Program-made: the position numbers and the translations under genes
The notes under the pieces: generated by a model
What the model was told of the DNA's origin: nothing
The model's database searches: none
What the model saw: the letters and a program-made list of their open reading frames with translations, nothing else
In this document: piece by piece, positions 10,643-22,321 of the stretch
Layout of the letters: every line of letters starts with the position of its first letter
How positions within the stretch are numbered: the first letter of the stretch is position 1
NCBI GenBank assembly: GCA_010015585.1
Contig: ML975190.1
Direction: 5' to 3' (one strand)
Length of the DNA: 64,000 bases
Origin: Eremomyces bilateralis CBS 781.70
Taxonomy: Eukaryota

Positions 10643-11001
10643 TCATTGAGAAGCCAACGCCGATTGCCTCTCTTGCTCGATCTTCGCGTAGAAAGCGTCG
10701 CGGTGTCGCACGGCCGGGACATGGTATCCTGTAGGAAATGAGAAGCCGAGCGAATGATTGGGATGCGATGTGGGGGCTTCGATATCAATACGTACCGTAC
10801 CACCAGGCGTAGCCAGCTGCTGTACCAAGACCTACAACTCGTGTCAGTGCAAATCCAGAATATGATGAGGTATACACGTACCAATTGAAACACTCAGGTC
10901 GATAACCAAGCCCCGTCGGAGCATCTACGTTCTGTGAGTTAGCCGGTGGTTGTTGGGCATGGACATGGACCACGTACACCAGTGATGGGTTTGACAGCCA
11001 T
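10643..11001 (-). CDS. COX9: cytochrome c oxidase subunit VIIa (Cox9), 4 exons
   Basis: Spliced product MAVKPITG|MLRRGLVIDLSVSIG|LGTAAGYAWWYG|YHVPAVRHRDAFYAKIEQERQSALASQ; three GTACGT..AG introns. Confidence 0.93.
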
Positions 11002-11397
11002 TATGAGCGACTCTTTCGAGAGAAGAGAGTTGTTTTCGGTGGATTGCGAGTCGAGTCGGATCGAGGCGAGGAACTTGTTCTCTGCAGATGGTGGTGTGAG
11101 GTGGGTGTTGAAGTTGAAGTTGGAAGCAGCTCGCGATGTTGCGGAAGCTGCGATTGGGGCTTGGCATGGTTGACACCTCAGGCTTCAAGGCCAATACCTC
11201 GATTCCTGGTCACTCACATCTGATCCTGAGCTCCAGCTCCATCTAACCTTGGATATCCGTATTCTCCATCCAACTGCGCATTGCTTGCGCATTGCTTGTG
11301 CTTTTCGTTCTTTACTTCTCGCTGTACACTTCTTCCACCGCTCTTTTGGTTGAATCACACTCCCACATCTCCGCGAACCGCTTAACCCAGAGAATCC

Positions 11398-12438
11398 ATG
11401 CCTGGCATCAAGATGGAGTCGGGTCCAATGCAAGGTCTCAAGCGGCGCTCTCCCGACGATTATGAGCGACTGACGAATGGCGACCATCCGGCGAAGCGTC
11501 AGAAGAAAGTCATCCGTGCCTTGAAATACAAACAACCCTTTGCGGAACTCGCGCTTGAATCTCCGCAAGATGACAGCGTCTTTCACGCGCAGCTCGTTCG
11601 GTCCATATCAACCGTCCTCACACGAGTCGGGTTCGATGGCGCAAAACCATCAGCCTTGGAATCCTTTCGATCCGAGGTGCAAGAATGTATGGAGATCAAC
11701 AGGCCTATCTCGATGCCTTGATCTCAGTACTGATGCTTCACAGATATGCTTCACTTCCTTGGCACGGTTCGCGCATCGATGACCAATAGTCGGAGAACCC
11801 ACCCGATACCACAGGACTTCGTCCTCGCACTCGTCAATTCGGGAATTACACCTTCAGAGCTGCTCGGTCATCTTGACCATCACCTACCCCCTGAGGTCTC
11901 ACTCCCTCCGCTCCAAGCCGCTCCCCGAGAGACAGATACCGTTCCTAAGCGCGATCTGTTCTCCATCGACGCTGCAGACACCACCAAGCGGCGATTCATC
12001 CCTGCAACCATGCCACATTACCCAAGCAAACACACCTGGCAGTCCACACCCACCGTCATATCCCGGATCACTGACCCGCTGCAAATCCGCGAGAAATCCA
12101 CCCAGGAAGGCATCGTCGCCGAGCAGGCGCTCCGCAAACTCGTCGCGGCACGACAGCGTGGCGCCGCGAACAAGACCTTCGGCGAAGGGCACAAGACGCA
12201 GAAACGGGAGTTAGAGAGACGGTGGGAAGACGGGATGATGGAGATGATTCGGATGGACGACGAGGAGGCGAGGAGGCAGAGAGTAGACTTTGAGGGAGAT
12301 GCGGACATGGGGGCTGGGGATGTGGATGTTATGAACGCGGCCGCAGAGGCATCGAACGGTGCGTTTGGGGTGGATACTGGGATGGTTGTTAATTGGGATA
12401 GGAAGTATTGGAGGGCTGGTGCCCAAGGACTGGGTTAG
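11398..12438 (+). CDS. TAF8: TFIID subunit 8 (histone-fold/bromodomain-associated domain plus TAF8 C domain)
   Basis: VGFDGAKPSALESFR..YMLHFL..SRRTHPIPQDF and PHYPSKHTWQSTP..IREKSTQEGIVAEQALRKL; intron 11687-11743. Confidence 0.88.
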
Positions 12439-12646
12439 GGAAGGTCGCGGAGGATCTTCAAAGGATTGTATGATTCGAAACATGAAGTCACGATTATATG
12501 TACTAGTATACTTTAGCATGCTGCGGGGGACCAGCTGGGCAGGTATTGATGGTTGTGAAGCCATTCGTGGACGGATGCACCAATATCACCGGGAAGCAAA
12601 GATGCACCGCTACAGACATGAATCCACAGCAATTGGAAATAAAAAA

Positions 12647-12989
12647 TCATGAATCCTGCTTCAATTTCTCAAAAGACGTGACTTCTACCGTCAAATTCCC
12701 TGCACACCTACACGTCGCTGTGAGCAATCACCTCCACGATTCCACCTCCGAAACTCAGCTCGACTTACTTCCGAAACAACCTGATCACCGGCTTACATAC
12801 GATCCTCCGCGTCACCGCATCGCCTGTATCCTGAACCGCCACATCGCAGTTATACTGCGCCATTTCCATCAACGGGCATTCTTCGAATTTCAACGGAACC
12901 TTGCGCACTTTGCCGTCCCGGGACACCGCCCAGTGCTGAAGTCGTTCGGGGAGTTCGGACGGGAGGAAGGCGTCGGGTTCGATGGGCAT
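12647..12989 (-). CDS. SOM1: mitochondrial inner-membrane peptidase subunit Som1
   Basis: EECPLMEMAQYNC..IVCKPVIRLFRK|CAGNLTVEVTSFE, the Som1 Cys pattern; one intron. Confidence 0.85.
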
Positions 12990-13093
12990 GACGAGATTTG
13001 TGCTGGTCTGAAAACGAAGAAGGGCGAATCAAGATTAGGGAGGGGAGAAATGCGTCTTGGTTTGGTTATTAAGAGCTAGGACGTGCGGTAGAG

Positions 13094-14660
13094 ATGAGCG
13101 TGGAGGAATTTGGTCGGAGGGTGTTGGGAGAGGTGAAGGAGACGAATCTTGCTGAGGTGAGCTGGAATTTCGATATTGGAGATGCCCCTGAAGTCACGAA
13201 GACGTAAAATCACATATTCTTCTCTTTGAGTTATAGCTTTCTCAAGATATTCGTAAAGCTCGGGGCTACATCATTCTGCCTGCATAAATTTTATAGATCC
13301 ACATTCTAACATCTCCCAGCTCTTCGCCATCGCCCTGAACCAGCTCCCCCCCTCTCCTCCACCACCACCCACCCCTTTCCACCGCCTCCTCTCTCGTATC
13401 GACCACCCCAAACCTCCTTCAGGTTCCTCCCCCTCAGAGCACCCTTCTCCAGCTGTCATCTCCCTCACGTCCCTCACCCCCGAGTCCGGAAAATCCCACC
13501 TCATCTACCACCTCTTCACCCACGCCCTCCTGCCATCCACGTTCAACGGTATCCCACTCCATGGCGCCCACTCTACCGCGGTCCTCCTCGATACGGAAGG
13601 CAGCTTCTCAGCGATACGTCTCGCGCAGGTGATGACACACTACATCAAAACGTGCGCTCAATATACGCCCCCGTCTCAGCCTCCTTCCCAAGGCCCTTCA
13701 CTCCCATCAACTCCCACCAACAACCATCCCACTCCCACCAATCTCCCCACTGAGCATGAACTCGACTCCTTAATCCTCTCATCCATCCACCACCTCCACA
13801 TCTTCCGCCCCCAATCCTTCCCCTCACTACTCGCCACTGTGCGTGAGCTGCCCACGTATCTCGCGAACCGGTCCAACCACGACTCTGCGGGCAGAGAGCT
13901 GTGGGGTGTAGTGTTGGATTCCGCGGATGCGTTTGCGTGGGAGGTGAGGGCGGAGTTGGAGCGGGAGCGGTTCGAGGAGGTGGTGCGAGAGAAGTTTGGG
14001 AGGGGTGTGGAGGGCGAGGACGAGAGATGGCGGGAGGGGGGTGAATGCCGGACGGAAGTGATTGGGGGAGGAGAAACGAGCGAGGCAGAGCGGGACGCAA
14101 CTGAGAGCTATGGCGAGCAGATCGACCAACCCACCCGAAACCCACCCACCGACAGCGGCAACCACCCCCATCCAACCTCATCCGCAAAACCTGGTCCATA
14201 CACCTCCCTCCTCACCGCCCTCTCCCACCTCTCCCGTCGCTACCGCTGCCGCATCATCACCACAACCTCCGCCACCCGCCACCTCTCCCCCCCACCCTCC
14301 GATCCCCGCCTTCCATACCAACGCATCCACACGCTACGCTCGCCGCTTCCGGAGAAATGGAACGCGTGGCATAATGTCCGCGTATTGATTGAGCGGGAGG
14401 CATTGGGGCGGAGGCGGGTGAAGAGCGTAGAGGAGGCGAGGGAGGAGGAGGGGAAGTGGTTGGAGCAGGGGAGATGTGGGGTGCTAGTGGGGAGCGATTG
14501 GCGGAGGATGGGGAATGTCGTGGAGGGGGGTCATGGGAGGTGGGAAGAGGAGATAGCGGGGCCGGAGGAGTTTTGGGGGGAGGTTGGGAGGGCGCAGAGA
14601 GGTTGGGTGATGAGGGTTGGGAGGGAGGGGGTAGAGATTGGGGTTGGGGCGGATGAATAG
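13094..14660 (+). CDS. RecA/Rad51-paralog DNA repair protein (XRCC2-like)
   Basis: N-terminus MSVEEFGRRVLGEVKE, Walker A-like ESGKSHLIY, AVLLDTEGSFSAIRLAQVM, HLHIFRPQSFPSLLATV, VVLDSADAFAW. The 5' exon structure (two short introns) is inferred. Confidence 0.75.
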
Positions 14661-15063
14661 AGAGAAGGGGGTAATGGGTGATGGTATGAGGGAATGCATG
14701 CACATGATGCTAAATGGGAGGGTACATGGTGACACAGGTAGTGAACGATGAAACGATACACGACGCTTACGACGGATGTGCGATGCACGACGTACATATT
14801 ATCTGATGTATGTGTATCGGAATGTAGAGTTAGGTGATTATTGTACATCCATTATGCCGAGAAGAACCCAACAGGACCGAAGGACCTCTCTCGCGAGGGT
14901 GGAGATTATCGACAATTAGGTAGGAAAGGAGAACCCTGGCTCATGCGCAGATGGGTATCAATGGGCCGTCTCGTCATGCGCATCCAATGTCAGGTGTCGC
15001 CAGAAAGTGCTGCAAACCGGAAGGGAGAAGAAGGGACGTAGGAAGGGATTGTGGCGGAGGCCG

Positions 15064-16645
15064 TCATGGCCACCAATTCATCTTCTTGTAGCTTTCAATC
15101 ACCGCTTCCACTTCGGTTGTTGTCAATTGCGGATGGTCGTAACTAATTTCCAGAAATTAGCCGGGTCCTTCATCCGTCCGCTCTGGTTTCGCAAACTATT
15201 GTAGATCGATGGGAAATGAGGAAGGAAGCTCACCTAAACCCCGTTGCAATCTCGAACGCGCTCCCATCCAAACTCAAATCCGTGTCTTTTAGCAACTCCT
15301 TCTCCATGTACGGATTTAGCGGCGTCGCCTGTGTGATATTGGCCTTCATCTCCAGTTCAGCCCACGGATCCAACGTCTCGTCATTCACATCCTCGACCAC
15401 GCTGTCAAGGTGCATACGCGCGAACGTAGAAATGATATGCCCCTGGAATCCGGTCGGAATCGCGAAGATTTCGTGAACGATGGTGGCGAAAGTCCCTTGT
15501 GCTGTACTTTTCATCAGCTCGAAGTTCTCAAAATGGTGTGGACGTGGAGATGAAACTTACTCGTCCCACCATGATCCACGATATTAAAAATCGGCGCCGG
15601 CTTCACCTCTCCCTTCTCCGCATACCACCCCGCCGCCGTCCACAACGCCCGCGCCACGTCCTCCACGTGCACTGTATTCTGCCGCAGGTCTTTATCCCAC
15701 AACCACTTCATCTCCTTCTCCAAATACTGATACACCCGCGCCATGCACAGCGCCGTGCTCAGATACTTCGCCGTATACGGCCCATACACGTGCGCCAGCC
15801 GCATCACCACCAAATTCAGCCCCTCCACCTTCGCCAGGTCTTCTTCGGCCTGAAGCTTCCACTTGGCGAGCTTCAGGTATGGCTTGACCTTTGCGTTCTC
15901 TTTTCGTGGCGCAGGGTCCGGTTTGTACACCATGCCGGTGGAGAGCTCCAGGAAGCATTTGATACGCCGCTTTGCGGCCTCGCGGCCGAGGGATAGGGAG
16001 AGGTTGTAGGAACGGACTTTGTAGACTTCGTCTTCTTGAGCGTAGCGGGTGTCGCCGCCGCAGTTGAAGACATAGTCGAATTGGGCGTCTGAGGGGCGGT
16101 CGAAGATGCGGGAGAGGTTCTCTGAAGGTCAGGAAAAGGCGATGTCAGCTTACGGACGACAAATGGCATGTTTCGGTGTACACCAAAATAAGGGATCGGG
16201 CGTAGTAGGGAAAGTAGAGATTGGCAGACTCACGTTCTTGAGAGGCATCTGCCTGCATGAAGTTGTCTTTCGATACGGCTTTAGAGAACTCCGGGGCTAG
16301 CCAGGCGAGTTCGGGAAGCTGCTTGTCAACGAGGCGGACTTCGGAAGCGAGGTGATTATTGTGGATGTGTAAAGCGAGGAAGCGGCCGACATAGCCTGTA
16401 GCAAAGTAAAACATCGTCAGCGCTGCTCAAGAAGAACTCGTTTCATGTCGTGGAGATGTATATCCGTCGATTGAACGTGCAGCAGCATGAGCAGTCTTCC
16501 CAGCGAACTCGACGCTTCAAGACGAATCCATGGTCTGCATGTATGATCCCTCAAACATGAATTGAATCAAGCACATACCCAAAGCTCCAACTATCAGCAC
16601 CGATGGCTTCGTTGAACAGGCGCCGTCGTTCTGAGCATCCGCCAT
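15064..16645 (-). CDS. NAD-dependent epimerase/dehydratase family protein (5 exons)
   Basis: Rossmann start KPSVLIVGALG|YVGRFLA, FDYVFNCGG, VMRLAHVYGPY, NTVHVEDVARA; C-terminus IESYKKMNWWP*. Confidence 0.88.
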
Positions 16646-19419
16646 TGCTCGAGGTTCACAACGCTGGCTTATTTACTCGAATAAGGGTATCGTCCAATAT
16701 TTAGATGCTCACTCGCACAGAAACAAGATCTCAATGCACACAACAGCAAAGAACAACAGGAAGGTAACAGTAGTATTAACAATGAGGGGTATGGAAGGTC
16801 GTACACAACAATGATGGCTAACCGCGACAACGTATTAGCAATTGGAGGAAAGTAAGATACGTCAAAGACGGAACTAAAAAGAGGGGGATTAGCGCAATGA
16901 TATGCACTTGCGGATAACGGGAAATGGGACATGCGACATGCAAGTCACGCATCCACGACGCTTTGAAGGTCGTAATCAAACATTGACTCGGCAAGGGTCA
17001 TCACCAGATGCAGCCACAATTGGGGGAGAAGGAAGAACTACCGAGATGGATGGTCAAATCTGGCCGATTCGGTGGTTATTGTTGAATATTGAATAATTGA
17101 ACCGATGAGAAGGCTACGGAGTCTATACTGGCTTGGTGGATGGATGATGGTGGTTGAGAAGACGGGAGATAACTCAGATCGGTGCATCCGTAAGGCATAG
17201 ATCGAACATATGGGACTCTATTTGCTTGAAACCATACATTCAACCCTTCATCCTTTGCATCTTCCAACCACAGTTTCTTTCCCCCGATCCCTAATACCCA
17301 GTTGATATGCATGCTTATTGCATGATCTGTGCCGTGCAGGATCAGGATACAGCGCGGAAAACTGAATTCCCCGCCCCTGGAGGCCGCATTCCGGCATACG
17401 ATGTGCAGACGCCACTGACATTACACTCCATTTAGCGAGCTGCCGGTGCTCTCCCATGTCCCCATTTCAACCAACTGTATCGCCTTATTATTCGACTATC
17501 GACGCCCGCCAGGGGCCCCCTCCGAGACCCAGACCAACCGGTGCCATGCCTAGTTAATCCATCAGCACCGGCATGGCCCCGATCTCCAGGTCCATCCCTC
17601 CCGTCCGTTTCGGCCCTCGACGGGTGTAACAGATCCCCCGCTGCCCTGAGACTCCACCGCCAGTGGCGTCCACATCCTCGCTTCGTGACACATCTCGTGA
17701 TCGATTACCTGGTCGATAGCCCATTGTGTTCTACGGGACCTGCATTCGTGGCTGGAGAGGCGTCAACTGATCGTTGTTTTGACCCGGATAAATCCTCAGA
17801 TGGGGTTGTTTAAGCGGTTGGATCCATGACTCTCTCCTGCTGGATTTACATCGATGATCTAATGGATTCAATTCCAAATATTGTGATGTTTAGTGCGATC
17901 TCCTCCTCGCACCATCGTCCACGCTAGAGTATGGATAGCGGAAGCAATCTCTGATTTACACACGGCATTTCGGCTGGTCCCGCGGATATCAGTGACGGCG
18001 TCCCTAGGCTTCCAAATTGTTTCTTGACATTTGCTTAGAATATTGATGTTCACGCGCAGGCTAGTTCACGTTTCCCATTTCCCTTTTTGAGTCCCATGCA
18101 CACATTGTTGATTGCCAACGGCCGTGCAGAAAGCAGTATATTGCGTTAGGCTCAAGCTAAGGGGTTGGTCGATCATCCGAAGTAGATGACGAGACAACCT
18201 GATGCCATGCATAGTGGATCTACTAGTTATAAAATCACCTCGAAGATTAGAAAGATAAGTGAAATGTAGATGAATTTCTCATACCGTTATCGTCGGAATC
18301 ATTTATCTTATCACTCGAGCTGCTGCCCCAGCCACGCCCCAAAGGGCTTCGGATACACTGGTTTCCGGGGTCGATCTGTTGGGTTCCCGTGTAAAGCAGC
18401 CAAGCAACAAAGGCGTCAAGCCCACCTCCGCAATGTGGCAGAGGTTAACAAGAGTGCGTCGGACCCAATACTGAAATGCGGGGAATTTATCTTTCCCAGC
18501 ATTGGAGCGTCATGGCTGCGCCGCTACCACCTCTATGTGCCCGAGATGCGGATGATGCACTGATCATGGCAGGGGGGCATCAGATCGGTGATGACAGTAG
18601 AGCCATCCAGCCAGGTGAAGTCCGGTTGAGCAACCGTGAGATCCTTGGCCTTGCCTGTTCATTGTTTAGTAGCTCAGGTCTGCCAATGTCCATGGTCGCC
18701 TGGGACAGAGGAGTTTTCCTTCTTTTGACTTAGCAGATGGAGATAGAAGGACTGCTCCGGTTGATCTCCTTTCTAATGATTGCTGGAATCAGCCACAGTT
18801 ATAAGATATTCAAGTTAGAGTGTTTCTTCTCTATCCCAGTTTTGACTATAGTCTCATAAAGCCTATGCCACAATCAATCGTCGTCACTAAGTATCCCTTA
18901 GGTAACATGCAAAATAGCTTTGACCAACAAAAAGAAAGCAATCCATCTAATATTTGAAGTTCGCCGGTATCTGGTTGTCCGGATCGACAGCCCGAGAACT
19001 ATCAGGCTGATATACACCAAGCCGGATCTGAGCCATATGCTTTGCCTAGAGAAGGATGTGGGCAAGATGCAACGATCTTCGACTCTACGAGATTAATCTA
19101 AAGGGAATTAACACAAGGCAGAGCAATTAGAGAGCTTTCGTAAGTCCTTTGTGTTGAACAGAGCACATAAATACTACACTGCTGTCAACCTACCCATCTA
19201 TTTCCTGGTAAATCACGCCTCTTGGAGTGAAAAAATGAAATTCTCTATGCACGACCCTTGTGGTTACACTTCAAATCATAACCCGTCGAACGGATCCCAT
19301 CAGGCATCTTCTTCGACGCAGTCTGGGTTGGGAATGACCATGATTCAACCGCTGGAAATGAAGGGCTAGCAAAAGGCAGCCAGCCCACCGTCCCGTGCTG
19401 CTGATGAGTCCACTGCCAG

Positions 19420-19994
19420 CAAATCGGACGAGCGTCTAGGAATCGATTACCATATCACAAGCAAGTGGACTAGCTTCGTCGCCGTTGAGAAGACAAAGAT
19501 GGTGGAAACATATGCTCGGCTATATTGCGCCCCCGCATGACGAGCACGCGATGCTACCCGAATTTCGCAACGCACCCGGCACTACGATCGAGATGACATT
19601 GTATCGCCGCATGCCACGGGTTCTTCATAAATGGAGCCGAGAAGGCAGGGATACTCGCCGTATGCGATTATGCGTGGATGCCAACGACACTCTCACGCTA
19701 CAGGGTATAATTTCCGGCCAAGAAGCATTCGGTGAATTTGAACTAGGTGATGAGCAACAAAGCATCTGGTCCTGGAAACAGATATGTGTCTTCAACGAAA
19801 CCGTTACCATCATTCTTGCCCTTCGAAAACTGCCAGATGTGGTCCTGAAAGGTATCTGCGGGACATCACTACTCACGGTATATACCAGGAACAAGTTTCC
19901 GGAAGGCAAGGAGCTATGGGAACTAGTCATCAACAAGGCAGAGCGATGGCTAGCTACGGCAGTCCCTGACGAAGATACTAGAAAGAAAATTTGA
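19420..19994 (+). pseudogene. C-terminal remnant of a VIT/vWA-domain (VWA5A-like) gene
   Basis: ERLGIDYHITSKWTSFVAVE motif, then a frameshift into ORF 19485-19994 with LQGIISGQEAFGEF and ELWELVINKAERWL. No VIT or vWA domain is visible upstream. Confidence 0.7.
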
Positions 19995-20597
19995 AAGGCC
20001 GCCGAGGAAGCACAGAATTGGAAAGCAGGCGACTAGGAGTCCACGGAAACTTTCCTGGTTGTGATGGTTGACGGCATTCTTGCAATCTCGATTGAGGTGA
20101 TATTGTCCTGTCTTGCTAAGACAGCGAAGAATTGGAACGGGAAATTCGACAAAGCATACGTTCAAATATGGACTTTACTTAGCATATATTTAAACAAGAC
20201 GGCCTTGAGAAATGAAAACTGGCTACGATGTGCAGAATGAAGTTGACGTTGATGCAAATAGTAGACTCGTATTCAAATGTTGGCCGTGTAGCACTCAGTG
20301 AATACCCCTCCACGCGGAAGATGCGTTGGCAGATTCATTTATCCTTCAAAATGGTATCAAACCATGGTAAGATGTAATAATTCAAGCAAGGAACTACTTC
20401 AATGGTATGAAGGTGATAGAAGTGGAATGTAATGAAGTGGTTTAGTTAGCACCATGAAGGCAGAGATGTATTAGGGGGAGAAAGCATCGGAGAATGTTCG
20501 GCTTCAATTTCAGTCTCCAATATCAGACATCATCGATATTCTAATCATAAAACTTCCAAAATGCCATAGAACTTGCGTTATACCACAACTGGACTTC

Positions 20598-22031
20598 ATG
20601 AAAGGGGTGACAACGCTGAGATGGCTCAAGTACAGCCATACAGTGCCTGTCCGTGTCTCACGAGGAGTGGAAATACCTAGACTATGGCGACAAGCCCGAC
20701 AACGATGTCCCCGTCCATACAATATCCAACAACTCCGATATAGCTCTAGTCAGTATCCTTTGCTAATTCCAATTGACCATACTAATGTCCGATATATAGG
20801 TCCTAGGACCCCCTCCACTAACCCCTCAATCTCTCCCATCCTCCTCACCCGCGCCTCATCTCTCGTGTCCGAACATGCGCGCCTCACCACCCAACTCTCC
20901 GCCTCCTACGACCTCCCCACCGCCAAACGCGTCGGCGAACTCACCCCAATCGCCAGCGCCCTCACCTCGTACCAATCCGCCCACGAAGCCGTCACAACCC
21001 TCGACTCCTTCCTATCCGACCCAACCACCGACCCGGAACTTCTCCCCCTCGCTGAAGCAGACCTCCCAGACGCCATAAACGACTTCAAAACCAGCACGAC
21101 CGCTCTCCTCGCCTCCCTTCTCCCCCCGCACCCATTCGGGAACCTTCCCTGCCTGCTTGAAATTCGGCCCGGCGCCGGCGGGCAAGAAGCTTTCCTGTTC
21201 GCGGGGGACCTGTTCCGGATGTACAAAGCCTACTGCTCCGCACACAACCTCCCCTGCACGGTTCTCAAATACGAGACGGCGGATGGTATCTCCGATCCGA
21301 ACGGCGCGGAGGCACCTCTACAAGAAGGCGTGATAGAAATCGGGCAGGAGGGCGCATACGGTTTACTACGGACTGAAGCCGGCGTCCACCGCGTCCAGCG
21401 GGTCCCGGCGACCGAGGCGAAAGGTCGGACCCACACGAGCTCCGCAGCGGTGATGGTACTCCCGAGTTTCCCAGCCACGTCGACCGGCGAAGAAGGGGCG
21501 ATCGACGTGAACGACCCGAACAGCGACTACTACGTGGACCCCAAAGAGGTCCGGACGGACATCATGCGGGCGAGCGGGGCGGGCGGCCAACACGTGAACA
21601 AGACGGAAAGTGCGGTGCGGTTGCTGCACGGGCCGACAGGGATCGTGGTGTCGATGCAGGATTCGCGGAGCCAGCATCAGAATCGGGAGAAGGCGTGGCA
21701 GGTGATGCGGGCGCGGATTGCGGAGAAGCGGAGGGAGGCGCGGGAGGAGGAGGAGGCGAGGTTGCGGAGTAGTGTTATTGGGGTGGCGAAGGTGGGGAGG
21801 GAGCATAAGGTGCGGACGTATAATTGGCAACAGAGGAGGGTGACGGATCATCGGAGTGGGTGGAGTGAGCAGCGGTTGGGGAGCGTGTTGGAGGGTGGGG
21901 AGGGGTTGGAGGACTGTATGAAGAGCGTGAGGGGATGGATGATTGAGCGAGAGGTGGAGGCTCTAGTGGCAATGGATGAGGCGCAGGAGAAGGGGAAGAC
22001 GAAGACGAAATCCAAATCCAAATCGAAGTAG
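20598..22031 (+). CDS. MRF1: mitochondrial peptide chain release factor 1
   Basis: LEIRPGAGGQEA, EAGVHRVQRVPATEAKGRTHTS, RASGAGGQHVNKTESAVRL (GGQ), KVRTYNW..RVTDHR; basic N-terminal presequence; probable in-frame intron about 20749-20799. Confidence 0.93.
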   Translation: MKGVTTLRWLKYSHTVPVRVSRGVEIPRLWRQARQRCPRPYNIQQLRYSSSQYPLLIPIDHTNVRYIGPRTPSTNPSISPILLTRASSLVSEHARLTTQLSASYDLPTAKRVGELTPIASALTSYQSAHEAVTTLDSFLSDPTTDPELLPLAEADLPDAINDFKTSTTALLASLLPPHPFGNLPCLLEIRPGAGGQEAFLFAGDLFRMYKAYCSAHNLPCTVLKYETADGISDPNGAEAPLQEGVIEIGQEGAYGLLRTEAGVHRVQRVPATEAKGRTHTSSAAVMVLPSFPATSTGEEGAIDVNDPNSDYYVDPKEVRTDIMRASGAGGQHVNKTESAVRLLHGPTGIVVSMQDSRSQHQNREKAWQVMRARIAEKRREAREEEEARLRSSVIGVAKVGREHKVRTYNWQQRRVTDHRSGWSEQRLGSVLEGGEGLEDCMKSVRGWMIEREVEALVAMDEAQEKGKTKTKSKSKSK

Positions 22032-22321
22032 ATGTAGGAGATGGTCCGGAGTTGAATAATGTACGGACTATTTGTAGTTGGAAGATACCCAGGATCGTGG
22101 CAATGTAGTCACATTGTACTTAAATATCCCCGCAGGCGATCTCCATCGCCCGTCTTGTAACAATAGATGAATCCTCTCATGAAGAGCAACTCATAAACAT
22201 ATAGTCATGAATCCTTTAGAATGAACTCCCTTCTGTCACCCGTCACTAGAGACCAATTCATCATGGGTATATATCGAAGCATATCCTACCAAGAGACCAA
22301 AAATGAACTCCCATCAACTCG

